Notes: generated from the letters alone by a model not told the origin. A DNA stretch of 64,000 nucleotides from Candidatus Hydrogenedentota bacterium (GCA_963745075.1 CAVUWV010000014.1:224001-288000), one strand, 5' to 3'. Shown: positions 9,935 to 20,166, numbered from the stretch's first letter. Made by a program: numbers and translations.

Positions 9935-11122
9935 CTACTGAATCCAGCCTTCAGCGCGAAGGCGTTCCATTCCGGTTTGAATGAGGCTGGCCAGACGCGA
10001 ACCCGGCGCAATCTGACAGACTTCCGCGAGGACCCCCTCCAGCCCCCGCTCGGCGTAAATCCTTTGAACGGACTGGGCTGCCGGGTCATCGGGATGATCG
10101 TACCGGATTGCGGCCGCCGCTGCAAACGCCAACCCGGCAGGCTCGACATCCTGCTCCAGGCACATCGAGGCCGCGCCAATGAGCCGGTCGCGGGGCCCGA
10201 GCTTTCGGATGGGGTCCTTGGCAACCCGGGCGACCTGGTCGCCGAGGGCCCGGTTCGCGAACCGTCTTAACAGGTCGTCAATATGGGCTTGAAGCGCAGC
10301 CGGCTCCATTCCGTGCTTCGCGACCAGACCCGCCTTGGATTCCGCCAGTGCTTCTCCGACCTTCGCCCGAACCTCCGAGTCGCCCACGGCTTGCCAGATA
10401 TACTCGTGGCCCCGGAGATAGCCGAGGTAGGCGGTCGTCCCGTGTCCGGCGTTGTGTACGAACAACTTCCGCTCGACATAGGCCCCAAAGTTCTCCCGTG
10501 GCTCCATATTCTTCAGCGGGGGTATGGGCCCGACAAACCCGGCTCCGTCCACCGGCAGCTCACAATACTCCTCCACGCAAATGAGCAACGGGTCTTCGGC
10601 CCGGACCGCGTCAGTCATCACCGGGACCATCCGGCCAATACTGGCCTCCACGAATCCAACCTTCTGGTCCAGCGCGACGTGGAACGCGGGGGAGAGGTGC
10701 TCGCGAACCTTCTCCCGCAGGTACGGTCCCGCATCAATCATGTTCTCGCACACGATGATGTTCAGTGGCGCGGCATCGCCTTGGGAATACCGCCGCTCGA
10801 TTCCCGCGGCCAACAACGGCGCGACCTTGGGTAGAACCGGCACGCCCACGGCCGTTGCGCCAAAGTCGGCTTCCGAGACAGCCTTGGCCACAGCCTCCTG
10901 GTCGTCCGCGAGTACGGCGGCCACATTTTCAATAGTTAACGTGTATGTATTGTCGTCCACGATGCGCAGGGGATAGGCCCCCCGGGCATTCAACTGGTCG
11001 ATCAGGTCCGGCATGACGTCGACGAAGGTCGTTCCATAGCCGGTCTCGAAAAAAAGCTGCCCCAGAAAACCCCGGCCGATGTTGCCCGCACCAAACTGAA
11101 TTGCATTCCGCGCCATCCTCAA
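9935..11122 (-). CDS. mtlD: mannitol-1-phosphate 5-dehydrogenase-like protein
   Basis: FGAGNIGRGF, IVCENM, RMVP, ERKLFVHNAGH, RVAKDPIRKLGPRDRL. Confidence 0.8.
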   Translation of the reverse strand: MRMARNAIQFGAGNIGRGFLGQLFFETGYGTTFVDVMPDLIDQLNARGAYPLRIVDDNTYTLTIENVAAVLADDQEAVAKAVSEADFGATAVGVPVLPKVAPLLAAGIERRYSQGDAAPLNIIVCENMIDAGPYLREKVREHLSPAFHVALDQKVGFVEASIGRMVPVMTDAVRAEDPLLICVEEYCELPVDGAGFVGPIPPLKNMEPRENFGAYVERKLFVHNAGHGTTAYLGYLRGHEYIWQAVGDSEVRAKVGEALAESKAGLVAKHGMEPAALQAHIDDLLRRFANRALGDQVARVAKDPIRKLGPRDRLIGAASMCLEQDVEPAGLAFAAAAAIRYDHPDDPAAQSVQRIYAERGLEGVLAEVCQIAPGSRLASLIQTGMERLRAEGWIQ

Positions 11123-11916
11123 TGAGCCCCCTTCATTGCCAAGTCACTTAGCGCGTCGTGCAGGATTCCGTTACTCCCCAAAACGCCGTTGCCCCCATCA
11201 AACAGGTTCAGCGGCGAACCGTCCAGCCGCGTCACTTTCCCGCCCGCTTCTTCAAGGATGATCATGCTGGCCGCGAAGTCCCACGGATTCAGCGTTACGT
11301 GCACGTAGGCGTCCATATCGCCCGTTGCCACGGAACAAAGGCCGATCACCGCCGCACAATGGCAGCGCACCTGTCCAACCGTCTCAATGAACGGCCCGAA
11401 CTGGCGCAGCGTCGCCGCCCGGTCGACCATCCCCGCAAAATCGACTTCCGCACGTGCGCGGGACACCTCGTCGACGGCCGACACGTGGATACGTTCCCCA
11501 TTGCGAAACGCGCCGCTTCCTTTTTCCGCCAGGAACAATTGTCCGATTCCCGGAACCGCAACGCCGCCCGCGACCGGGAGTCCACCCACGGCAAGCCCCA
11601 GCGAGATTCCGTAGCTGGGAAACAGTCCCCGCACAAAGTTCTGCGTTCCATCGATGGGATCGATGACCCACGCCCGCTTCTCCGCACCGGTCGGGAAATC
11701 CGTCATCCCGTTTTCCTCACCAACAATCGCGTCCCCGGGAAAGGTCTGCTCGATACGGCGTTGAATCTCTTCCTGCACCGCGAGATCGACTTCCGTCACC
11801 AGATCGTTGGGTTCCGCCTTGTGCGTCATCGAAACCGATTCCCGCATGGCGTATTTCTGTCGCACAAACACGGCGAGGTCGTCGAGGGTGTGTTGTATGA
11901 ATTCGATATCCGTCAT
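11119..11916 (-). CDS. inositol monophosphatase family phosphatase (SuhB-like)
   Basis: DLVTEVD, GEE, WVIDPIDGTQNF, WDFAAS. Confidence 0.88.
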   Translation of the reverse strand: MTDIEFIQHTLDDLAVFVRQKYAMRESVSMTHKAEPNDLVTEVDLAVQEEIQRRIEQTFPGDAIVGEENGMTDFPTGAEKRAWVIDPIDGTQNFVRGLFPSYGISLGLAVGGLPVAGGVAVPGIGQLFLAEKGSGAFRNGERIHVSAVDEVSRARAEVDFAGMVDRAATLRQFGPFIETVGQVRCHCAAVIGLCSVATGDMDAYVHVTLNPWDFAASMIILEEAGGKVTRLDGSPLNLFDGGNGVLGSNGILHDALSDLAMKGAH

Positions 11917-12136
11917 GTGTTCTCCCGCTCTCTTCGACGTAATCGTAATCGTGCTACTCTGAAAATCGCCATTCAGAATCGGCACGTTACGGACACCCCA
12001 TCTTCATCATCTCAGGGCGAAAGGCCCTTTCATGACGACTCGTAATCGTAAACGAATGACGAGATCCGAGCTTTTTTGCAGATTAGATGTCCTGGCCGTG
12101 CGGATTACGATTCTGGAGGCCACCCGGTATTCCGTA

Positions 12137-13129
12137 TTACCCCTTCAGCCCCGTCAAGGTAATCCCTTGGATGAACGTGCGCTGTGTCAAAAAGAACAGC
12201 ACGACAATCGGCAACGTGATCACCGTGGACATCGCCATCAACGGGCCCCACAGGCTCTCGTGCTGACTCTGGAACTGCTGCAACGCGAGCGCCAGCGTAT
12301 ATTGCCGGTCGTCTTGCAGGAAAACAAGGGGATCGAGAAAGTCACCCCATTGAAACAGAAACATGAACAGCGCCGTCGTAGCCAGCGCGGGTTTCGCCAG
12401 GGGCATGATGATGCGCGAATAGATCCCGAATTCGGAACACCCGTCGATGCGTGCCGCGGCGCTGAGATCTTGGGGAATTCCCATGAAGAACTGCCGAAGC
12501 AAGAAGATATAGAACGGCGTGCCCAGAAAAGCCGGAAAGATCAGCGGCTTGAACGTTCCCGTCCACCCGAAATTCTTGTACATGACAAACAACGGGATCA
12601 GCATGACCTGGTACGGCAGCATCATCGTCGCGAGCACGAGGACGAAGCAGAACTCCCGCCCCGGCCATTCAATGCGCGAGAAGCTATAGGCCACGAGCGA
12701 ACAGGAAAGCAGCGTTCCGATGACCGTCGTAAAACAGATGAAGAGGGTGTTTCGAAGGTTGCGGGGAAAATCGATAATTCGAAACGCCTCCGCATAGTTT
12801 CCCCAATGGAGCCCGATGTGCTTTTGGCTCTCAAAGTCGCCCGGCGCGACCCGCACCCGTTGCCCGTTGAGATCGAGCGTATAGAATCCGTCTTCGTCGC
12901 GTCCCAGATTCGCGGCGGTTTGGCCGCGGTAGGTAACCAAGGGTCGTCCTTGGGCGTCCAGCCGGTCCGTTCTCGGAATCCATTCCGGCGGTTCCCCGGG
13001 CTTCGAAAAGATTTGCGATTCGTGCTTGAGCGAGGTGGACACCATCCACACAAACGGCGCCAGGAACAGCAGCGACGCGGCGATAAGCACACCGTGGGCC
13101 ACCAACCGGTTGATCAAACTAGTCTGCAT
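12137..13129 (-). CDS. carbohydrate ABC transporter permease (MalG-type)
   Basis: EAA-loop variant LSAAARIDGC, six-TM pattern, C-terminal FIQGITLTGLKG. Confidence 0.92.
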   Translation of the reverse strand: MQTSLINRLVAHGVLIAASLLFLAPFVWMVSTSLKHESQIFSKPGEPPEWIPRTDRLDAQGRPLVTYRGQTAANLGRDEDGFYTLDLNGQRVRVAPGDFESQKHIGLHWGNYAEAFRIIDFPRNLRNTLFICFTTVIGTLLSCSLVAYSFSRIEWPGREFCFVLVLATMMLPYQVMLIPLFVMYKNFGWTGTFKPLIFPAFLGTPFYIFLLRQFFMGIPQDLSAAARIDGCSEFGIYSRIIMPLAKPALATTALFMFLFQWGDFLDPLVFLQDDRQYTLALALQQFQSQHESLWGPLMAMSTVITLPIVVLFFLTQRTFIQGITLTGLKG

Positions 13130-14012
13130 GATAATGCACCCACCGTTTAGACGATATCATCACGCCAATCGTGGCGGCCAGGATCACGGCAAACATGATC
13201 AGCGCCATGGCGGACCCATAGCCCATGTTCAGGTAATAAAACGAATTTCGATAGAGGTACAACGCGTAGAACATGGTCGAGTCCACGGGCTCGCCCTTGC
13301 CGTTGGTCATCACGTAAACCTGCGTGAAGTACTGAAATGAATTGATCAATCCGATCACGAGATTAAACAGGATCACCGGCGTGATCATGGGCAACGTAAC
13401 GTTGCGGAACTTCCGAAACGGCCCCGCGCCATCAATGTCGGCCACTTCATACAACGTCTGCGGCACATCGGCCAGTCCGGCAAGAAAGATCACCATGGGT
13501 CCGCCTACGCTCCAGAAGCTCATGAGGATCAGCGCCGGTTTCGACCAATTCTCGTCCGCCATCCACCCCGGGCCTTGCACGCCGAACACGGCTTCGATGG
13601 TCGTGTTCAACAAACCGTTCTGCGCGTTCAGCACCCACAACCACAGTACCGATGATGCAACGATCGGCACGATGGTGGGCAGGAAGAAGACCGTGCGATA
13701 GATCGCCTGACCGCGAACCTTCAGACTCAACAGTATCGCGAGTCCCAAGGCGAGGGCCAACCCGAGCGGAACGGAAAAAACGGTGAAGTACAACGTGTTG
13801 TAGAGGGATTTCCAGAATCGCGGGTCTTCAAAGAACAACCGCTGATAGTTTTCCAGACCGACCCACATCGGAGGACGAATGACGTTGTACCGTTGAAAAC
13901 TGTACTTGATCGTCATCACCAGCGGGTAAACGTAGATTATGAAGAACCCGAATACAAACGGCGAACCAAACAAAAGTGCGTTTCGCATATTGCGGCGTTC
14001 GACGCGCGTCAT
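13119..14012 (-). CDS. carbohydrate ABC transporter permease (MalF-type)
   Basis: WVGLENY, LYEVADIDGAG, NVTLPMITP; start at MTRVERR overlaps the upstream stop. Confidence 0.92.
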   Translation of the reverse strand: MTRVERRNMRNALLFGSPFVFGFFIIYVYPLVMTIKYSFQRYNVIRPPMWVGLENYQRLFFEDPRFWKSLYNTLYFTVFSVPLGLALALGLAILLSLKVRGQAIYRTVFFLPTIVPIVASSVLWLWVLNAQNGLLNTTIEAVFGVQGPGWMADENWSKPALILMSFWSVGGPMVIFLAGLADVPQTLYEVADIDGAGPFRKFRNVTLPMITPVILFNLVIGLINSFQYFTQVYVMTNGKGEPVDSTMFYALYLYRNSFYYLNMGYGSAMALIMFAVILAATIGVMISSKRWVHYHAD

Positions 14013-15463
14013 GGCCTCACCTTTGAGACGTACGGATCGTCCTCGATCGCTTCGTTGGACAACGTCTGTATGTCCTGGGCCGCCTGTTCCGGAGTCTTCT
14101 CGTACCGGATCACGTACTCCCGGTTGTTGGACACCTGGTCCAAGAAGTATTGCGACACCGGAGATACCGGATCCTGGATGACATTGCGGTCCAGCAAATT
14201 CTCCACAAAGACGCGGAATTTCGGGTTGCTCGTGAACCGTTCGTCCATGGCCTCCGCCCGGCGTGGTGGGATATTGTGGATCGCCAGGTTGTAATCGCTG
14301 GCCGGCGACGTGCCCCCGTTCGGGCGTGGCCGATAAAACCAGCGCAGGAACTTCAATGCTTCCTCGCGATGGCGCGCGCCCGTCGGCACCGCGTCGGCAA
14401 TGCAGGAAGGACCGTATGCCAGCGGTTCGACTCCCTCGGGCTGCGGAATCGGAACGACACCCCAGTCCAGGTCGGGTGCGTACTTTTCGGTGAACGTCAC
14501 CTGCCATTCGCCTTCCGCAAGCATGGCGACTTTACCTGTGTAGAACGGATTGTTGGAACTCTGATACGCACCCATCCGTTCGAAGGATTGCGTCCGTGCG
14601 GGATCGATTGCGACGGGGAGTTGTTCCGTCGTGTTGGGGTTGGTGGCGAAACGCTGTTGCCATGCGAAGGACGCGATGATACCGGGATCGCCGGCGCAGG
14701 TGGCTTCTCCCGTTGCCGGGTCGCACCACTTTCCTCCAAACAATCCGCCCCACATATAGGTCAGGTCCCAGGGGAACCACGGCACGAATCCGAACTGCTC
14801 GATACCCACATCATTGCGAATCGTCAGTTTCGCGGCATATTCCTCGAGTTCCTTCAAATTCCGGGGTGGGCGATCCGGGTCGAGCCCCGCCTTTCGAAAA
14901 CAGTCCTTGTTCCAAAGCAGACAATAGGTGTCGGTCGTGGTCGGAATGCCCCAGACATCCTCGCGCCAGTCCTGGCTCGATGCGTCGAATCCGCGGAAGT
15001 GAACCATCTTCCACGTATGCGCCATGAACTTGTCTTCCTGGAGTTCCGGCTCGGTTTCGATCAGATCGCCGAGCGGACTGAAACAGCCCTGTGAGGCCAA
15101 CTGGGCGAGAATGACGGTGTCGATGCTGCAAATGTCGGGGGGGCTGCCCGCCGCGATGCAGGTAAGCATCTTCTCCATGAGCACGTTGATGCCGATGGGA
15201 AGGGCGCGCACGTATACGCCGTCTTTCACGCCCTGGGTGCGATTGTATTCGTCCATCAGGTCGACGCGGGCACGATGCTCATGTCCGGAGTGGCGGTCCC
15301 AGTAAAGCACGACCGTGCGACCCTGCGCGATCGCTTCCCGTTCCGCAGGCGAGCCGGCTGGCGTGGGCCAAAGGAGGACACACGCCGCGAGGCACAGGAG
15401 TCCGGCAAGGGCCCATCCCGCATACGCTCGTACCACCGGCGATACTCCTCCCATACATTTCAA
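14009..15463 (-). CDS. sugar ABC transporter solute-binding protein
   Basis: N-terminal TM/signal, AAGSPPDI, LLWNKDCFRKAGLDP, FYTGKVAM, WGVVPIP. Confidence 0.88.
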   Translation of the reverse strand: MKCMGGVSPVVRAYAGWALAGLLCLAACVLLWPTPAGSPAEREAIAQGRTVVLYWDRHSGHEHRARVDLMDEYNRTQGVKDGVYVRALPIGINVLMEKMLTCIAAGSPPDICSIDTVILAQLASQGCFSPLGDLIETEPELQEDKFMAHTWKMVHFRGFDASSQDWREDVWGIPTTTDTYCLLWNKDCFRKAGLDPDRPPRNLKELEEYAAKLTIRNDVGIEQFGFVPWFPWDLTYMWGGLFGGKWCDPATGEATCAGDPGIIASFAWQQRFATNPNTTEQLPVAIDPARTQSFERMGAYQSSNNPFYTGKVAMLAEGEWQVTFTEKYAPDLDWGVVPIPQPEGVEPLAYGPSCIADAVPTGARHREEALKFLRWFYRPRPNGGTSPASDYNLAIHNIPPRRAEAMDERFTSNPKFRVFVENLLDRNVIQDPVSPVSQYFLDQVSNNREYVIRYEKTPEQAAQDIQTLSNEAIEDDPYVSKVRP

Positions 15464-15724
15464 ATCGCGCTGCGTGTCGATTCGGGAACTATATAACTAG
15501 GCTTATGCTCGCGTCGAATTGCCTCGACCAAAACGCGGGATACACAGCAACGACACCAAGCAATCGCGCGACATTATGGGATCGAAGCGGGTGTCTTTTC
15601 CAGAACCGCCCCGTTTCCATACGCCTGACCCTTGGCCGGCGAGCTTTCAGACCCCGGGCCGTATGGAAAGCGTTAAGGCCCACAAGGACTTATCGAACGA
15701 AAATGCGGACTAGAATACTGGTAC

Positions 15725-15753
15725 TTGACAGCCGGGGCCAGTCGGCATACAAT
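15725..15753 (+). promoter_or_regulatory. sigma70-type promoter
   Basis: TTGACA-17 bp-TACAAT. Confidence 0.75.
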
Positions 15754-15759
15754 CATATC

Positions 15760-15870
15760 CAATGCGCGGGCGGTACCGGGAGCGGTTCGTCCTCTCACCG
15801 TTAGGTGCGTGGTCCGGCACCTAATGGATGGGTGTTCGGGTGGGTCTACCACTACCCCTTGTGTTTTTTG
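15760..15870 (+). ncRNA. candidate ~110-nt structured small RNA of unknown family
   Basis: Follows the strong promoter; UUCG hairpin, 11-bp hairpin ccgttaggtgc/gcacctaatgg, then a hairpin plus T-tract. Confidence 0.4.
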
Positions 15871-16017
15871 GAAATAGTTGGTAACATAAGCCCGAAGACT
15901 GGGTAATGTGTACAGGCTGATGGCGAGGCCGAAAGCCGGAGTGTAGCACCGGTGGTTCCCACAAGAAGTAGGGGTGGGAGTGGGTCGCGTATACCATTAG
16001 CAGTGCAACTGGGGTGC

Positions 16018-16047
16018 TTGCATTTGAAAGCTACCCTAGAGTATGAT
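16018..16047 (+). promoter_or_regulatory. possible sigma70 promoter for the downstream lipoprotein gene
   Basis: TTGCAT-18 bp-TATGAT. Confidence 0.45.
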
Positions 16048-16104
16048 GAGGTTGTTCAGAAACTGAACGAAGTTGTGTAGGGTGCAGAAAAGGAGGAAAC
16101 GCAC

Positions 16105-16518
16105 ATGTCACCAAAGGTTCGTCGATTTGCCACGTTGGCCCTTTTGGCCGGTGTAGCGCTGCCATTGATGGTAGGCTGCCCAGCTCTCTTGAATGCGTTC
16201 ATCAAGCTGAAGATTTGCGTGAAGAACGATACCTTCCTGAACCTCGATGAAGTTAACGTCGTGGATGCGGGTGCCCTCTCTTGGGGCGCAAACGATCTGC
16301 CGGACGGATCGGTCCTTCCGGGCGGGCAAGCGGTCATTCCGAACAACGCCCCGGGATTCTATGACGTTCGCGCGATCTTCGATGACAAGGAAGAGTGTGT
16401 CTCGAACTCGACCGTCGTGATGACGGATGTCGAGTTGGATACCACCAACCTTTGCATCACGTTCGACCAGTTGGTCGCCTGCGAGGACATCTATCCGACG
16501 GTGGAACGCGTTCTCTAA
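16105..16518 (+). CDS. hypothetical lipoprotein
   Basis: Strong RBS aggagg, lipobox-like LMVGC, followed by a terminator. Confidence 0.7.
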   Translation: MSPKVRRFATLALLAGVALPLMVGCPALLNAFIKLKICVKNDTFLNLDEVNVVDAGALSWGANDLPDGSVLPGGQAVIPNNAPGFYDVRAIFDDKEECVSNSTVVMTDVELDTTNLCITFDQLVACEDIYPTVERVL

Positions 16519-16564
16519 ACCGTAATCTCGCGTTTCGTCCCTAAGACGTGGAGATTGATTCTTC

Positions 16565-16599
16565 GGGCCTGTCTCATGGCAGGCCTTTTTTCTTTTTTT
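16565..16599 (+). terminator. Rho-independent terminator
   Basis: gggcctgtc-tcat-ggcaggcct followed by a long T run. Confidence 0.7.
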
Positions 16600-16707
16600 C
16601 GCCGCCTGCATTGGTTTGGCGTGTCACGAGTCTCCCCGCCCACGACCTCCGAAGTATGGGTTGCCACGGCACGTCAGCCTAAACTAAGATACCTCCGGGT
16701 TACTACG

Positions 16708-18591
16708 ATGAGTCCGAAAACCGCCATACCATCTGTACGCGTGCTTCCCGAAAACGTGGCGAACAAGATCGCCGCGGGCGAAGTCGTGGAACGTCCCGCG
16801 TCGGTGGTTAAGGAACTCGTCGAGAACGCCGTCGACGCCCACGCCACGCGCATTCAGGTGCGTCTGGTCGCCGCCGGCCGCAGAACGATCGAGGTCTCGG
16901 ACAACGGGCACGGCATGTCGGAACAGGATGCCCTCCTCGCCATCGAACGGCATACCACCAGCAAGATTCGCAAGGCGGCGGACCTGGACAGCATTTCCAC
17001 CATGGGATTCCGCGGCGAAGCGCTGGCCAGTATCGCGGCGGTCGCGAAATTTGAAATGGTGACGCGGCGCGAACGCGACACCTCGGGCACGCGTTTGCGC
17101 GTGGAGGGCGGTGTGCTGCGCGATGTCGAACAGGTTGCCGCGCCCGCCGGCACGCGCGTCACGGTGAACCGCCTCTACTTCAATACGCCCGTCCGCGCCA
17201 AATTCCTTCGTGGCGTTACCACGGAATTGAGTCAATGCATTGACGTGGTGCAACGGCACGCGCTGGCGCAAACTGGCGTCGCGTTCAATCTCTTGCACAA
17301 TGAAAAAGCGTTGCTCGACCTCCCCGAACGCGCCTCGCTGCGGGAGCGTGTGGCGCTCATTTGGGGACTGAATTTTCTCAAGGATCTGGTCGAACTCAAT
17401 GCCGAACGCGGCGGATTTCAGCTCACCGGATTGATCGGTACGCCACAACTCACGCGGTCGCAGCGTTCCCATCAATTCTTTTTTCTGAACCGCCGGCCCG
17501 TCGTGAATCGCTCGCTGCAATTTGGCTTTGAAGACGGATATCGATCCCTTGTGACCGTGGGGCGGCATCCGGTCGGCATCGTCCTAATCCAAACCCATCC
17601 GCGGTTTGTCGACGTGAACATCCATCCGTCCAAACGAGAAATCCGATTCCGCGACGAGCGGGCCGCGCGCGAGACCATGCGCCTTCTTGTCCGGGAGCGG
17701 CTGGCGGATCTGCACCAGGCCCAACAACCTGTTTTCGCGCGGCCGCCGCAGCAGGAGCCGGGATCGGCGCACCCGGCGGCGCCGTTGCCCACTTCCCCGC
17801 CGGCGCCTGCGGCCACGGAAAGCGGGCAGGTCGGTTCGGAACCCGGCGAGGGTCCGGTCCACCACGTTGCGCAAGCGCCCGTAGACGCGCCCCAGGATGT
17901 CAATCCGCTGGAGCGGTACGTGCCTCCCGTCCAAACGGTTTTCGAAGGGGCGGAAGCCGGCGGGCACGTGGAATCGGTCGAACCGGCCGCCGTCTTCCGT
18001 CCCATGGACGCGGTGGGTGATGCGCCGATGCAACTCTTCGACACCTACCTGCTGGTGCCACAGGACGACCGGCTCCTCATCATCGACCAGCACGCCTTAC
18101 ACGAGCGTCTCACCTACGATGCGCTGCGCACGGATCTCGAGGATCACGACTATCAATCGCAGCAACTTGCCGTACCACTGCTGGTCGACGCTCCGCCGTC
18201 TCACGCGCGAATCCTCGAGTCCAACCTCGATCTCTTCTCCAAACTCGGGATCGAAATCGAGCCGTTCGGCGGAGGCACCTATCAGGTCACGGCCATTTGC
18301 CCCCTGTACGAAGAATCGAAGGTGCCCGACATCATCTACCGTATTCTGGACGAACTCGCCCAGGGCGACTTGTTCAGCCGAGAAGATTTCATGGCGGATG
18401 TCCTTCGGTTGGCGGTGGAGGCGTGCCGCGGGTCGGTGAAGGCCGGCGACCGTCTGTCTCACCAGGAGCGCCGCGAGTTGTTGGACGGGTTCCGGCGTAT
18501 GCGGCCTCCCTATACCTGCCCTCACGGCCGTCCCATCATCACCGAGCTGACCCAGATTCAAATGGAAAAGAGCTTCCGGAGACGGCAGTGA
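16708..18591 (+). CDS. mutL: DNA mismatch repair protein MutL
   Basis: NKIAAGEVVERPASVVKELVEN, GFRGEALASI, DQHALHER, CPHGRP. Confidence 0.97.
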   Translation: MSPKTAIPSVRVLPENVANKIAAGEVVERPASVVKELVENAVDAHATRIQVRLVAAGRRTIEVSDNGHGMSEQDALLAIERHTTSKIRKAADLDSISTMGFRGEALASIAAVAKFEMVTRRERDTSGTRLRVEGGVLRDVEQVAAPAGTRVTVNRLYFNTPVRAKFLRGVTTELSQCIDVVQRHALAQTGVAFNLLHNEKALLDLPERASLRERVALIWGLNFLKDLVELNAERGGFQLTGLIGTPQLTRSQRSHQFFFLNRRPVVNRSLQFGFEDGYRSLVTVGRHPVGIVLIQTHPRFVDVNIHPSKREIRFRDERAARETMRLLVRERLADLHQAQQPVFARPPQQEPGSAHPAAPLPTSPPAPAATESGQVGSEPGEGPVHHVAQAPVDAPQDVNPLERYVPPVQTVFEGAEAGGHVESVEPAAVFRPMDAVGDAPMQLFDTYLLVPQDDRLLIIDQHALHERLTYDALRTDLEDHDYQSQQLAVPLLVDAPPSHARILESNLDLFSKLGIEIEPFGGGTYQVTAICPLYEESKVPDIIYRILDELAQGDLFSREDFMADVLRLAVEACRGSVKAGDRLSHQERRELLDGFRRMRPPYTCPHGRPIITELTQIQMEKSFRRRQ

Positions 18592-19520
18592 TCTCGGTGC
18601 TCGCGGTAGTGGGCCCTACGGCGTCGGGCAAAACCTCCCTCGCCATCGAGTTAGCCCATCGCCTTCAAACCGAAATCATTTCCGCGGACTCCATGCAGGT
18701 GTATCGAGGCATGGAGATTGGCACCTCGGCTCCCACCCCGGAAGAGTGTGAACGGGTTCGGCACCACCTCGTCGGATTCCTCGACCCGGACCAGCCGTGT
18801 TCGGCGGGGGATTTCGAGCGCATGGCGCGCCCTATCGTCGATACGCTTAATTCTAGCGGCAAGGTAGCCGTGGTTGCGGGCGGCTCCGGACTGTACGTCA
18901 GCGCGCTTATCGACGGCCTCTTTGAAGGTCCCCCGGCCAATCAAGCGATTCGGGACCATCTGCACTCGCAGGCCGAGCATTACGGTGTGGCGCCGTTGTT
19001 CGAACGGCTCCAAAAAACCGACCCGGATTACGCCGAATTGATTCAGCCCAACGACCTGCGCCGGATCGTCCGTGCGCTCGAGGTGCACGAAGTTACGGGC
19101 CGCACCTTAACCAGCCATCATCGGGAACATCAGCGCGAGCGCAATCCCTTGGAAGCGATTCAAGTGGCGCTGGATCTGCCTCGTGACACCTTGTACCGGA
19201 GGATCGATCTGCGCGTGGACCGCATGATCGCCGGAGGTTTCGTCGATGAGGTCCAACGGTTGCTGGATGCAGGGTATGGAGATGCCCTCGAACGCCTGCG
19301 ATCGCTGGGGTATCGGGATTTCGCCGCCTATCTTCGCGGTGAATGTTCCTTTGAGGATGCCCTGGAAGCCATGAAACGGAACACCCGCCGTTTCGCCAAA
19401 CGCCAACTCACGTGGTTCCGGGCCGATCCCCGCATTCACTGGATTCCGGCGTCCGATTCCGGCTCGATCGAGGAGTACATTCAACAGGCTTTGGGGCTGG
19501 GAAGGCTTTCGGACGATTGA
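18588..19520 (+). CDS. miaA: tRNA dimethylallyltransferase
   Basis: GPTASGKT, ISADSMQVYRGM, GGSGLY, RFAKRQLTWF; GTG start overlaps the mutL stop. Confidence 0.96.
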   Translation: MISVLAVVGPTASGKTSLAIELAHRLQTEIISADSMQVYRGMEIGTSAPTPEECERVRHHLVGFLDPDQPCSAGDFERMARPIVDTLNSSGKVAVVAGGSGLYVSALIDGLFEGPPANQAIRDHLHSQAEHYGVAPLFERLQKTDPDYAELIQPNDLRRIVRALEVHEVTGRTLTSHHREHQRERNPLEAIQVALDLPRDTLYRRIDLRVDRMIAGGFVDEVQRLLDAGYGDALERLRSLGYRDFAAYLRGECSFEDALEAMKRNTRRFAKRQLTWFRADPRIHWIPASDSGSIEEYIQQALGLGRLSDD

Positions 19521-19553
19521 ATTCGGCGCCGTGCGATCGCGTGGCGTCCCGCA

Positions 19554-20141
19554 TTACCCCGCGACACGGCGATCGTGTACCCCAGACTCACACACCACAA
19601 AGTCCACCGGCCGATCGCGGGGTTCCGTAGGGAGCGAAGCGTAGAGTTGAAAGTCGAACGCTAGACCGATGGACACCCCAGGGAAATCGCTCAAAAATCG
19701 GTCAAAGTAACCGCCGCCGTATCCGATGCGGGTTCCCTTCGCGGTAAACAAAATTCCGGGCGCCAGAACCACCGTCGCCGCCGAAAACGTATCGATCGGT
19801 TCACCGCGTTCCGGCGGCTCCAGGATGTTGAACCGGCCAACTTGCAGGTCTGAAAGGTCGTGGATTTCGCGCCACACAATGATCCCGCGCTCCGTCGTCA
19901 CTGGCGCGCCGACGCGGCGGCCCGCCCGTAGCAACGATTCAATGAGAGGCCGCGTGTCCACCTCCTTGTCCCGATTCGCCACGTAGGTGAGAACGAGGGG
20001 AGCAACGCGGAACGCAACGACGGTTCCAAGCTGCACGACCACGTCTTTGCTGCGCCGCGCCCACTCCGAGTCTGACAGTGCGCGCCGTCGCGCCAAGCCG
20101 TGTTTCCGCAACACCGCTTTTTCCGCCAGGGTTGTCGACAC
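19554..20141 (-). CDS. ygfA: 5-formyltetrahydrofolate cyclo-ligase
   Basis: EVDTRPLI, FNILEP, RIGYGGGYFDRFL, GLAFDFQ. Confidence 0.88.
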   Translation of the reverse strand: MSTTLAEKAVLRKHGLARRRALSDSEWARRSKDVVVQLGTVVAFRVAPLVLTYVANRDKEVDTRPLIESLLRAGRRVGAPVTTERGIIVWREIHDLSDLQVGRFNILEPPERGEPIDTFSAATVVLAPGILFTAKGTRIGYGGGYFDRFLSDFPGVSIGLAFDFQLYASLPTEPRDRPVDFVVCESGVHDRRVAG

Positions 20142-20166
20142 CGATACCTCCTCCCGTCACGTACCG

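Noticed and set aside
15760..16100. Identity as RNase P RNA, tmRNA, SRP RNA or tRNA-Sec
   Set aside because: Signature motifs (GAGGAAAGUCC, tRNA-like ends, SRP loop, T-loop with CCA end) not found
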